From positions 1-63,304 of the IMG/VR virus record IMGVR_UViG_3300042934_000801: a DNA stretch of 63,304 bases; one strand, written 5' to 3'. A program made the position numbers and the translations under genes. Positions 1 through 8,676 of the stretch are shown piece after piece. Position 1 is the first letter of the stretch; each line of letters begins with the position of its first letter. Source of the stretch: a virus (lineage: Duplodnaviria > Caudoviricetes). A model generated the notes under the pieces. It saw only the letters and a program-made list of their open reading frames with translations, had not been told where the DNA came from and did not search any database.

Positions 1-127
1 GCTCACCGAGTACCGCAAGAACTACGCCGACATCGCCCGGGAATACCTGCGATGACCAGCGTCGCGGTCGTCATCCCCTTCCGCGACCGCGGCCGCGACC
101 CCCTACGCGCCGCCAACCTGATTCACA
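1..127. repeat. 127-bp terminal direct repeat, identical to 63178..63304 (circular assembly overlap)
   Basis: GCTCACCGAG...CTGATTCACA occurs at both ends; it spans the junction of two glycosyltransferase genes and 127 is a common assembler k-mer size. Confidence 0.95.
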
Positions 128-756
128 TCCTCGACCACTGGGACACCTTCGACGCCCCGCTTCACGTCGTCGACGACGGCCGCACCGGCACAGCCGCATT
201 CAACCGGTCAGCCGCCTACAACCTCGGCCGCCAACGCGCCCGCGACGCCGACGTCATCATCTTCACCGAATCGGACATGCTCATCGACTTCGAGCAGATC
301 CACCACGCTATCGGCCAGGCCGTGTCTGCTCCCGGCCTGGTCGTACCCTTCACCCAATACCGGTATCTGTCCGAAGCCGACTCCGCGCACGTCCGCGCCG
401 GGCGGCTCGACGCCGCGCAGTGCCAGCCCGAATCCACCATGGAAGACGGCCGCTCCATCGGCGCCATCAATGTCATCTCAGCCGACACCCTCGACGCCGT
501 CGGCCAATGGGACGAATCATTCGAAGGTTCCTGGTACGACGACAACGCCATGCGCATCGCCTTCGAAATGTGCGCCGGCCCAACACGATGGGTCACCGGG
601 CCCGCGCACCACCTGTACCACTTGCCAGGCTGGACCGGATCCCACCTCACCGACACTGACCGCGCCGCCACCACAGCCAACCGGCACCGCCTGCGGATGT
701 ACCGGCACGCACACACCGCCGACCGGATCCGCGACCTGACCACCGGCCGCCGATGA
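52..756 (+). CDS. Glycosyltransferase (GT-A fold, GT2/GT7-like)
   Basis: VAVVIPFRDR start, FNRSAAYN, ESD acidic motif, WDESFEGSWYDD and HLYH; ATGA-coupled to the upstream GT gene across the junction. Confidence 0.85.
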   Translation: MTSVAVVIPFRDRGRDPLRAANLIHILDHWDTFDAPLHVVDDGRTGTAAFNRSAAYNLGRQRARDADVIIFTESDMLIDFEQIHHAIGQAVSAPGLVVPFTQYRYLSEADSAHVRAGRLDAAQCQPESTMEDGRSIGAINVISADTLDAVGQWDESFEGSWYDDNAMRIAFEMCAGPTRWVTGPAHHLYHLPGWTGSHLTDTDRAATTANRHRLRMYRHAHTADRIRDLTTGRR

Positions 757-1382
757 CCAACATCGTCATCGTCGCCCACCACTCACGCGCGGAACAAGCC
801 ACCGACCTCGCTCTCGCCGTCGATGCAGACGAGATCCTGTTCGACGACGGCACACTCGGCGCTGCGGGCAACCACCGCCGCGCATGGGACCTGCACACCA
901 ACAGCACACACACAGGCTGGTGCGTCGTCCTCGAAGATGACGCAGTCCCATGCGCAGGCTTCCGAGACCAGCTCGACACCGCATTACACACCGCACCAAC
1001 CGACATCGTGTCCCTGTACCTCGGCCGAACACGACCACCCCACTGGCAAGGCCGCATCGAGCAGGCCACCGTGCGGGCCGATCTACTCGGGAACGCCTGG
1101 ATCGTCGGAGGCCAGCTGCTCCACGCCGTAGGCGTCGCAGCACAGCCACGCCTTACGCCCACCATGGCGCAATGGACCCATCACCTCGCCGAGCCTGTAG
1201 ATGGCCGCCCAGTAGGCGATGAGCCCATTTCCTACACCTGGCCCTCACTGGTGGACCATGCAGACGGACCCACCGTCACCGACCACCCAGACGGCAAGGC
1301 ACGCACCACAGCACGCACGGCCTGGCGACACGGCGCCCGTGCCGAGTGGAACACCCACTACGTCCTGTTGAGCCAACGCTGA
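753..1382 (+). CDS. Glycosyltransferase (GT25-like)
   Basis: WCVVLEDDAVP motif, SLYLG, YTWPSLVDH; 4-bp overlap with the previous gene. Confidence 0.75.
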   Translation: MTNIVIVAHHSRAEQATDLALAVDADEILFDDGTLGAAGNHRRAWDLHTNSTHTGWCVVLEDDAVPCAGFRDQLDTALHTAPTDIVSLYLGRTRPPHWQGRIEQATVRADLLGNAWIVGGQLLHAVGVAAQPRLTPTMAQWTHHLAEPVDGRPVGDEPISYTWPSLVDHADGPTVTDHPDGKARTTARTAWRHGARAEWNTHYVLLSQR

Positions 1383-1735
1383 TGCCACGCGCACCACGCC
1401 GATGCCCAGGCGACAAGCACACCTGCGAAGAGCTGATCACTGGAAGCGCGCGCTACTGCCCAGCACACACAGTCGCATGGCGAGGCCAACGCACATCATC
1501 GAGCCAAGCCACCACCACCCACGCATGGAAGCAACTGCGCGACGACATCCTCGACCGCGACGGCCGGCTATGCCAGATCCAATACCCCGACATCTGCACC
1601 GGATACGCAACGGTGGTCGACAAGATCACCCCCGCAGCACGACGCCCCGACCTCGTGCGCGACCCCAAGAACCTGCGCGCAGCCTGCGACGCCTGCAACG
1701 AACACAAAGCCCGCACCGCAGACCGAAGGTCTTGA
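1382..1735 (+). CDS. HNH endonuclease (packaging-associated)
   Basis: WKQLRDDILDRDGRLCQ...C...NLRAACDACNEHK; located just upstream of the terminase region; start chosen at the TGATG overlap. Confidence 0.85.
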   Translation: MPRAPRRCPGDKHTCEELITGSARYCPAHTVAWRGQRTSSSQATTTHAWKQLRDDILDRDGRLCQIQYPDICTGYATVVDKITPAARRPDLVRDPKNLRAACDACNEHKARTADRRS

Positions 1736-1789
1736 CTGTGATACGCGCTACGCTTCCGACACTGTCGTAAGCAAAGGGGAGTAGGCGCC

Positions 1790-2365
1790 ATGGCAACGAC
1801 ACCACTCTGGACCGTCTTCGTCACAGCAAGCGCCGCTCTCCTAGGCGTTGGATTAGGCGCACTCCTCCAAGTCCATCGAGACAAACGCTCATGGCAACGA
1901 GAACATGCTCAGCACTGGATCGAAACTAGGCTGGATATCTACAAAGAGTTTATTGTCGCGCACCGCGAATACCTCGCCTACGTGATGCAGGAAAGCACTC
2001 AGATCAAAGCCACTGCCCATCCACACCTCACGGAGCGTATGCCCATCTTCGACGCAGAGGGCAGGCTCATCCGACAACGACAAGAAGCAGCGTTCACCGC
2101 ACTACGACTAGTCGCGGTAGGCCAAGATACTGAGAGGGCGATGGCCCGACTGGTTACCGCAGCTCGGCAGGTTGCCTGCGCTCGCGCGGACCACTCCGAC
2201 CCTAAGAACGTCGACTCGGAATTGTTCGTTACCGCTCAACGGTTCGAGCGGCAGTTCATCAACTCGGCGCGGAAAGATCTCGGACTGCAGCCTCTTAAAC
2301 GTGAGTATGGATCGAATCTCATAAGTCCCGGCGTCACTGAATCATCGACGCCCAACGCGTACTGA
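1790..2365 (+). CDS. Membrane-anchored hypothetical protein (moron-like)
   Basis: N-terminal hydrophobic helix, own RBS (GGGAGTAGG), visibly more AT-rich codons than neighbours. Confidence 0.65.
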   Translation: MATTPLWTVFVTASAALLGVGLGALLQVHRDKRSWQREHAQHWIETRLDIYKEFIVAHREYLAYVMQESTQIKATAHPHLTERMPIFDAEGRLIRQRQEAAFTALRLVAVGQDTERAMARLVTAARQVACARADHSDPKNVDSELFVTAQRFERQFINSARKDLGLQPLKREYGSNLISPGVTESSTPNAY

Positions 2366-2404
2366 CGCGACCGACCGCCTGAACGGCCTGGACGCAGGCC
2401 GCAG

Positions 2405-2485
2405 CGCCCTGGGGGGCACCCTCCCCCCGGGGCGTCCTGTGCTGCCGCAACGCACTGTGAAATCCGCCGCGTACGGGTTCCCAGA
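2405..2485. other. Candidate cos/packaging end region
   Basis: Non-coding G/C-run segment (GGGGGGCACCCTCCCCCCGGGG...GCGTACGGG) between the HNH gene and the terminase operon; position is typical but the cut site cannot be read. Confidence 0.35.
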
Positions 2486-2513
2486 CTTTCGCTCGAACGG
2501 CCAGGAGGTCGAA

Positions 2514-2750
2514 ATGGCAAGCATTGGAACGGTTTCCGTCAAGATCGAGGCTGACATCTCAGGGTTTTCCGAGTCGTTGACTCGAGAGCTGTTGGTTGAA
2601 GCAATCGCCGCACAGCTGTTGAAGCACCTACCGCGCAGCGTTGGCATCGCTGACATTCGGGTGGCGGCTGTGGCGTTGCAAGAGCAGTTCTTCATCGCGC
2701 CGAAGCCGGCCGAGTCGAATGAGCACGATGTCGCAGCTGGAAACACCTGA
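2514..2750 (+). CDS. Small hypothetical protein with tape-measure-like N-terminus
   Basis: AGGAGG RBS before ATG 2514; begins MASIGTVSVKIEADISGF. Confidence 0.65.
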   Translation: MASIGTVSVKIEADISGFSESLTRELLVEAIAAQLLKHLPRSVGIADIRVAAVALQEQFFIAPKPAESNEHDVAAGNT

Positions 2751-3038
2751 GCAGCGCGCGGCGAATGATGCGCTCGACGCGGCCGTACAGCAGACCATCG
2801 ATGCCTACGACCTGCCGGGTAAGTCGAGCGATGGCGGTCTCGTCGTCGACTACTTGATCGTGACCGAGCATGCACTCATTTGATCGTGACCGAGCATGCA
2901 CTCATCGATGACGACCAGGACGAGTGCGAGACGTACAACCTGCTGTTTCATCGTGGTCAGACCCGCCGGTCGGTGGCGCTTGGGCTGCTGGCTGAAGGGC
3001 GCAGCATGCTCGGCACGCGCGGCGATGACGACGACTGA
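2728..3038 (+). pseudogene. Small phage gene frameshifted by a 26-bp tandem duplication
   Basis: TTGATCGTGACCGAGCATGCACTCAT at 2854..2879 and 2880..2905; removing one copy restores a continuous ORF ending ...SVALGLLAEGRSMLGTRGDDDD at TGA 3038. Confidence 0.8.
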
Positions 3039-3041
3039 GCC

Positions 3042-3074
3042 TTCCCGACATGGGAACCCCTTCCTGACATAGGA
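3042..3074 (+). promoter_or_regulatory. Paired GACAT-loop hairpins over the terS RBS
   Basis: TTCCC-GACAT-GGGAA and TCCT-GACAT-AGGA; the second 3' arm is the AGGAG Shine-Dalgarno. Confidence 0.6.
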
Positions 3075-3081
3075 GCCCGCG

Positions 3082-3555
3082 ATGCCTGGACCGAGTGCGA
3101 AAGACCCGACGCTGCGCGCGCGGCGGAACAAGACGACGACCCGCGCCACGTTGACGGAGCGCAAGGGCGCCAAGGTGCCGCCACTGCCCGCCGGCACCCG
3201 CTGGTACCCGCAGGTGCGCGACTGGTGGAAGCGCGCATGGTCCTCGCCCATGGTCCCCGAGTGGACGGTCTCCGATGTCGACAACCTCTACCTGGCCGCA
3301 AAGCTGATGCAGCAGTTCTGGGATCCCGAGACCGGCCCGAACGTGTGCCGCGGTCTGGCTGGCGAGATACGTCAGATCCACACGACGTGCGGTCTGACGC
3401 CGATGTCGCGGCGGTCTCTGCAGTGGGAGATTGACCGCGGCGAGGCGGCGAGCGAGGCGACGGAGAAGCGCCGTGCGGGTCGGTCCGCGCCGGCGAAAAA
3501 GGCGCCGGCCAAGCCGGATCCGCGAGTCGCGCGGGCGAACTTGCACGCCGTGTAG
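3082..3555 (+). CDS. terS: Terminase small subunit
   Basis: MPGP..KDP..RARRN start, WW...WSSPM, GLTPMSRRSLQWEI; directly upstream of terL. Confidence 0.85.
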   Translation: MPGPSAKDPTLRARRNKTTTRATLTERKGAKVPPLPAGTRWYPQVRDWWKRAWSSPMVPEWTVSDVDNLYLAAKLMQQFWDPETGPNVCRGLAGEIRQIHTTCGLTPMSRRSLQWEIDRGEAASEATEKRRAGRSAPAKKAPAKPDPRVARANLHAV

Positions 3556-3564
3556 CAGCCGCCA

Positions 3565-5214
3565 ATGGAACTGATCGTTCCGAAGGATGACGGCGAGCTC
3601 TACCCGACCCTCGGAGACCAACTCTGCGACTTCCTCGAAGAGCGGGCTTGCCATGGGCCTGGTGACCTCAAGGGGCAGCCGCTCACGCTCGGCGAGGACT
3701 GGCGGTATGTGCTGTATCGCGCGTATGAGGTGTGGCCGAAAGGTCATCGGCGCGCCGGGAAGCGCCGGTTCAAGCGGGTCGGTGTGTCCTGGCGGAAGGG
3801 TTCGGCCAAGACCGAGTTCATGGCCCTGGTCGCGTTCGTCGAGCTGCACCCGGAGTCACCGGTGCGGTTCAACGGCTTCGACAAGGACGCCCCGTGCGGG
3901 CTGGCGCCGGGCCGGCCGGTCGTCGATCCGTACATCCCGATGCTGGCCAACACGAAGGAACAGGTCGAAGAGCTCGCCTACGGGGCGCTGAAGGTCATCT
4001 GCGAGGAATGCTCCGACGCCGAGCTGTTCGACGCGGCGCTCGACCGCATCATCCGGATCGGCGCCAACGGCAAGGCGGACGGCAAGGCGGTGGCGCTGGC
4101 CAACGCGCCGAACTCCAGCGACGGCGGCCGCACGACGTTCCAGGGTTACGACGAGACGCACCGTCTGTACCTGCCGAACCACAAGGCCGCCATCACCACG
4201 ATGGAAGCCAACCTCGGTAAGCGTGCCGCGCAGGATCCGTGGTCGCTGTCGACGACGACCGCCGGCGAGCCGGGCCAGAACTCGCAGGCCGAGGACGATC
4301 ACTTCGAGGCCGAGGCGATCCAGCGCGGTGAGCTGGAACGCCCCCGGATGTTCTATTTCCACCGCCAGGCGTCCGACGGCTGGGATCTGGAGAAGTTCGA
4401 AGACCGGATGAAGGCCATCGAGGAAGCCTCGGGTCCGGAGCTGGCGGCGCGCACCGACCTCGAAGATTTGGCGTCGCAGTGGGACAGCCCGAAGGCGGAT
4501 CGGACCTACCTCGAGCGGGTGTGGACGAATCGCTGGACCGCGCAGGCGGCTTCGGCGTTCAATGTGCGCCGGTTCAAGGCGCTTGGGCTGCCGGGGGAGT
4601 CGATTCCGCTGCGGTCCTACGTGACGCTCGGGTTCGACGGTGCCCGGTTCCGCGACGCGACGGGGCTGGTTATGACGGACGTCAAGACCGGGCTGCAGCA
4701 GAAGATGTTTCTGGCCGAGAAGCCGCTCGACGCGCCGGATGACTGGGAAGTTGACGAGACGGAGGTCGACGACGCGGTCCGGGACGCGTTCAAGAACTAC
4801 CGGGTGTTGCTGTTCTACGCGGACCCGCCGTATTGGAACTCCACTGTCGGTCAGTGGTCGGCCCGGTACGGGGAGTCTCGGGTCACGAAAAAGCCGATCG
4901 TGCAGGAGTTCTGGACGAACAAGCAGGAACGCATGATCAAGGCCATCGGTGCCTACGAGGACGCGATCGCCAACGGCTCGGTGTCGCACAACGAGGACGA
5001 CGACGGTGACCTGGTTCGCCACGTCGGCAACGCTGGCAAGAAACTGCTGAAGCGCATCGACCCTGAGACCGACAAGTTCCTGTGGATCCTCGGAAAGCTG
5101 CACAAAGACCGCAAGTTTGACCTGTGCATGGCTGCGATTCTGTCGTGGCAGGCCCGCATGGAAGTACTGGGCAAGATCCCGAACACCCGACGTCGAGTGG
5201 TGAAAGTGAGGTGA
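3565..5214 (+). CDS. terL: Terminase large subunit
   Basis: Walker A-like RKGSAKTE, Walker B YDETH, motif III TTTAG, nuclease LGFDG and KFDLCMA. Confidence 0.95.
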   Translation: MELIVPKDDGELYPTLGDQLCDFLEERACHGPGDLKGQPLTLGEDWRYVLYRAYEVWPKGHRRAGKRRFKRVGVSWRKGSAKTEFMALVAFVELHPESPVRFNGFDKDAPCGLAPGRPVVDPYIPMLANTKEQVEELAYGALKVICEECSDAELFDAALDRIIRIGANGKADGKAVALANAPNSSDGGRTTFQGYDETHRLYLPNHKAAITTMEANLGKRAAQDPWSLSTTTAGEPGQNSQAEDDHFEAEAIQRGELERPRMFYFHRQASDGWDLEKFEDRMKAIEEASGPELAARTDLEDLASQWDSPKADRTYLERVWTNRWTAQAASAFNVRRFKALGLPGESIPLRSYVTLGFDGARFRDATGLVMTDVKTGLQQKMFLAEKPLDAPDDWEVDETEVDDAVRDAFKNYRVLLFYADPPYWNSTVGQWSARYGESRVTKKPIVQEFWTNKQERMIKAIGAYEDAIANGSVSHNEDDDGDLVRHVGNAGKKLLKRIDPETDKFLWILGKLHKDRKFDLCMAAILSWQARMEVLGKIPNTRRRVVKVR

Positions 5215-6746
5215 ATCCGTTGACTCTGAGTCCATCTGATTGGTTCGACAAGCTCAACGAGCGGTTCACCTCGTCGATTCGCCCGAAGTGGCAGGACGGC
5301 AAGATGCGTCCTGACGAGCTGGTGCAGCGCCACAAGGCTCTGGATACGTTGTGGTCGTACTACATCGGTGATCCGCCGTTGCCGAAGGTCGCAGAGGACT
5401 ACGAGGAGATCTTCCGCGAGGTCATGCGTAAGGCTCGCTGCAACTACGCGCCGATGTGCGTGCAGGCGATGATCGACCGGATGGAATTGCAGGGTGTCGC
5501 GACTGATACCGACAAGGACTCCAACGGCGACGATATCGCCGCGCAGATCATGGAAGAGTCCGGGTTCGCGGCCCAGTTCAAGGACATGCTCGGCTATCTG
5601 TTCGCGATGGGCGAGGCGTACGGGATGGTGGTGCCGAACCCCGACGGCCCGACCATCCACGCGATCGACCCGCGCCGGTGCGTCGGCATCCCCGACCGGA
5701 AGAACCCGGTGCGCCTGCGGGCCGTGTTGGTCAAGGAATACGACGCCGAGGAAGACCGCCAGATCGGTCACCTGTTCCTGCCCGGCGAGAAGTGGGAACT
5801 CGAATACGACGCCGGCCAGTGGAAGCGGCTGAAGGACGAGCCCGAGATCATCACGGGGCTGGACGATCTCGGTGGCATCCCGATCGTGCGCTTCGAGAAC
5901 CTGCACGGACTCGGCGAGTACGAAGCGCACATCGACCTGCTCGACCGGATCATGGATATCACGCTCGACACGCTGGTGCTGATGAAGTTCCAGGCGTTCC
6001 GGCAGCGCGGTGTCTCCGGTGACGAAGACGAAGACACCGAGTACGAAGACGAGACCACCGCCGGCCAGGAGTCCGGGTTCAACGAACTGCTCACCGACGG
6101 CTCGAAAGAGAAGCGCCGGTGGGCCGACGTGTTCCAGGCCGGTCCGGGCAAGGTCTGGAAGGTGCCGAAGGACTGGGACTTCTGGGAGTCCACGCAGGCC
6201 GACCTCGGTCCGATGAACAACACCAAGCGCGACGCAGTGAAGGAATTCGCGGCGGTGACGTTTACCCCGCTGCACCTGATCACCCCCGACGACGCGAATG
6301 GGTCCGCCGAGGGCGCCGGGCTGCTGCGGGAATCCCTGACCTCGAAGGTTCGGGACCGGCGCGCGCGCATCACCCCGGGGTTGAAGCTGCTGTGGCGTAT
6401 CGCCTTCGCGATGAACGGCGAGCGTGAGCGCGGCCAAAAGGTGGACATGCTGTGGGGTCCGATCGAGTTCCGGTCGCTGGCCGAAAAGGGTTCGGCATCG
6501 GCGCAGGCCCGCGGCGTGCTGTCCCGGAAGCGGATCATGCGCGACGTCTGGGAGCTGACTCCTCAGGAGATCGCCGAGAACGAGAACGAACTGCGGGCCG
6601 AGCGGCTGCTCGATCAGGCGCTCGCCCCGCCCGCTGCCGGCGGCGGCGCGCCGGCGCCGAACAGCGTTCCGCAGGCCCAACAGCAGGAACCGACACGCAA
6701 CCCGGTTCGCCAGGTGAGCCAGCGTGACGTCGCCGTACCCGCCTGA
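5211..6746 (+). CDS. Portal protein (SPP1 gp6-like)
   Basis: Follows terL with GTGA overlap; NYAPMCVQAMIDRM, IPIVRFEN, GEYEAHIDLLDRI. Confidence 0.9.
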   Translation: MNPLTLSPSDWFDKLNERFTSSIRPKWQDGKMRPDELVQRHKALDTLWSYYIGDPPLPKVAEDYEEIFREVMRKARCNYAPMCVQAMIDRMELQGVATDTDKDSNGDDIAAQIMEESGFAAQFKDMLGYLFAMGEAYGMVVPNPDGPTIHAIDPRRCVGIPDRKNPVRLRAVLVKEYDAEEDRQIGHLFLPGEKWELEYDAGQWKRLKDEPEIITGLDDLGGIPIVRFENLHGLGEYEAHIDLLDRIMDITLDTLVLMKFQAFRQRGVSGDEDEDTEYEDETTAGQESGFNELLTDGSKEKRRWADVFQAGPGKVWKVPKDWDFWESTQADLGPMNNTKRDAVKEFAAVTFTPLHLITPDDANGSAEGAGLLRESLTSKVRDRRARITPGLKLLWRIAFAMNGERERGQKVDMLWGPIEFRSLAEKGSASAQARGVLSRKRIMRDVWELTPQEIAENENELRAERLLDQALAPPAAGGGAPAPNSVPQAQQQEPTRNPVRQVSQRDVAVPA

Positions 6747-8313
6747 CGCCGGTCTTACCTACGAACAGGCACTCGCGATCGTCGCGGGGACAGCGGCCGC
6801 GCAGACTACAGCGGCGGCGGCAACCTCGATCACCGGCGCGATGTCGTCGAGCGTCGCGGCCGCCCGTGACGCAGCACTGCGCTACGCGATGGCCGTCATC
6901 GGCAACCTCTGGCGCCGGGTCGACGTCTATGACGGCACCGAAGTGCAGGACTTCACCGTGCTGGCCGGCCGGCACATGGTGGAAGCCCAGACGATGGTCG
7001 CCGCGACCGCGGCGTCGGCGCAGTCGCAGATCCTCGCGGCGATGGACGTCGTTGCGCCGCTGCGCACTGCCGACCCCGAAGACGTCCGCGGTATTCCAGA
7101 GATCGACGAGGCCGGCGACATCACCGTGGTGCGTGAGACCCAGAGCGTGGACTACGCCGTCGGCGGACACCAGGTCATCGACCTGGACGAGGACGCCACC
7201 ACGGTGGGCATGTTCAACCGGCCGGCGCGCACACAGCGGTACCTCGAATCGCAGGGAATGGGTTCCGAGGAAGCGCGCGCCAGGGCCGAGCAGCGGATGC
7301 TGACCCTGGTCGACGGCAACCTGATGCTCGCGCAGCGCCTGGCCGAAGCCGAGATCATCGCGAAGGCCGCTGCGACCGACGAACGGGTCATCGGGCTGCG
7401 CCGGGTCATCCACCCCGAAATGTCGCGCACCGGTACGTGCGGCCTGTGCATCGCGGCGTCCGACCGCATCTACAAGGTGCGGGAACTGATGCCGCTGCAC
7501 GCACGCTGCTGGTGCACGACAGCCGCGGTCACCGACGAATTTGACCCGGCCGATGTGCTCAATGCGGTCGACCTCAAGCAGCTCTACGACAACGCCGGCG
7601 ACTCGACCAACAGCGCGGCGCTCAAGCGCACCCGCTACAAGATCAACGAGCACGGCGAACTCGGTCCGTCGCTGATCCCAGGCAAGCGCACGAAGACGTC
7701 GCGGCGCCGCAGCGGTGCGCCGGCGGTCGCGTCGCAGGACTCGGCGGCCGATATCGCGGTGCAACGTCTACCGGAGCGCGAAATGAGCTTGGCCGGCGGT
7801 GTGAGCGGACCCCGTGCTCCAGATCCTGCTGCCGGTGGCGGTGGCGGCGGCGGTGATGACGGCGGCAATGGCGGCGGTGGTGGGCCGCGGTCGGGGGATG
7901 ACTGGGACGACGACCGCCTAACCCCGGAGTTTCGCAAGCACGTACTGGATGGCGATTCCAGCGGCGGCGGGCACCGCGGGGATTCCACGGCGCCGGCTAA
8001 GACGCTGTTCCCGCAGGATTGGGATGACGTCGACTGTCTGGCAGCGATCAGCGCGACGCTGGACAATCCGTACACCACCAGCGATGACCATGATCATCTG
8101 CGCGACCCGAACATCCTGAACCTCTACGCGATGGTCAACGGAGTGCGAATGATCGTCCGGACCGACCGCGCCGGTAAGCCCCAGACGGGGCACCCGCTTG
8201 ATGGCGACGGAGTGTTCCGGAACGGCAAAAGGGCCGGTGACCGGCGCAAGGCTCTACCGCTGGGCAGTGTGCGCAACGTACCATTGCCTGGTGGATCTGA
8301 TAACGCTCGCTGA
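6724..8313 (+). CDS. MuF-like minor head protein fused to a C-terminal EndoU-family nuclease toxin
   Basis: RRVIHPE...CGLC...PLHARCWC MuF core, Gly-rich linker, then HVLDGD..GGGH...KTLFP..W EndoU signature. Confidence 0.85.
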   Translation: MTSPYPPDAGLTYEQALAIVAGTAAAQTTAAAATSITGAMSSSVAAARDAALRYAMAVIGNLWRRVDVYDGTEVQDFTVLAGRHMVEAQTMVAATAASAQSQILAAMDVVAPLRTADPEDVRGIPEIDEAGDITVVRETQSVDYAVGGHQVIDLDEDATTVGMFNRPARTQRYLESQGMGSEEARARAEQRMLTLVDGNLMLAQRLAEAEIIAKAAATDERVIGLRRVIHPEMSRTGTCGLCIAASDRIYKVRELMPLHARCWCTTAAVTDEFDPADVLNAVDLKQLYDNAGDSTNSAALKRTRYKINEHGELGPSLIPGKRTKTSRRRSGAPAVASQDSAADIAVQRLPEREMSLAGGVSGPRAPDPAAGGGGGGGDDGGNGGGGGPRSGDDWDDDRLTPEFRKHVLDGDSSGGGHRGDSTAPAKTLFPQDWDDVDCLAAISATLDNPYTTSDDHDHLRDPNILNLYAMVNGVRMIVRTDRAGKPQTGHPLDGDGVFRNGKRAGDRRKALPLGSVRNVPLPGGSDNAR

Positions 8314-8551
8314 TCAGGCAGCCGCTGCGGCTGACCTGGACGATCAGGCGCGCGGTCGGGTCGCGATGGAACTGGAGTTCGGCGACACCTCGGTCGCGCT
8401 CGGGACCGCTGTCCTGGAGACCCGCAAACCGCTGCCCCGGGCGATCCTCGACGAGGTCGCACGTGGAGCAGCGGACTGGTACGTGAGCGGTACGTATCGA
8501 CAGCTCATTCTGGATGCGGTCGCGCGTCAGAAGAGACAACGCGCGGCGTAG
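8291..8551 (+). CDS. Candidate immunity protein of the MuF-EndoU toxin
   Basis: 86-aa helical ORF overlapping the toxin 3' end and followed by a terminator; start GTG inferred. Confidence 0.6.
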   Translation: MDLITLADQAAAAADLDDQARGRVAMELEFGDTSVALGTAVLETRKPLPRAILDEVARGAADWYVSGTYRQLILDAVARQKRQRAA

Positions 8552-8569
8552 CCCGCCAGTAGCACAGAG

Positions 8570-8603
8570 AAAACCCCGTGAGCCTTTTGCTCCGGGGTTT
8601 TTT
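8570..8603 (+). terminator. Intrinsic terminator
   Basis: AAAACCCCG..GAGC/GCTC.CGGGGTTTTTT hairpin with U-tract. Confidence 0.8.
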
Positions 8604-8638
8604 CGTGTGCGCCAAAGACTTCCGCCACTCGGCGGTCG

Positions 8639-8668
8639 ACCCGTCATGGGTTCCATCCCGACATGGGA
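8639..8668 (+). promoter_or_regulatory. Paired G(A/T)CAT-loop hairpins over the scaffold RBS
   Basis: ACCC-GTCAT-GGGT and TCCC-GACAT-GGGA; GGGAGA RBS in the second arm. Confidence 0.6.
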
Positions 8669-8676
8669 GAAGCGAA

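Noticed and set aside
1-127. Terminal repeat as a biological direct terminal repeat
   Set aside because: It is exactly 127 bp, falls inside coding sequence and matches an assembler overlap; the packaging end is more plausibly near 2.4 kb
2854-2905. CRISPR-like repeat
   Set aside because: Two adjacent copies with no spacer and no cas genes; the 47813 nuclease is YqaJ-type and paired with RecT
3856-7764. Long minus-strand ORFs opposite terminase, portal and MuF (and similar ones elsewhere)
   Set aside because: Shadow ORFs expected from high-GC codon bias; no motifs, RBS or coupling
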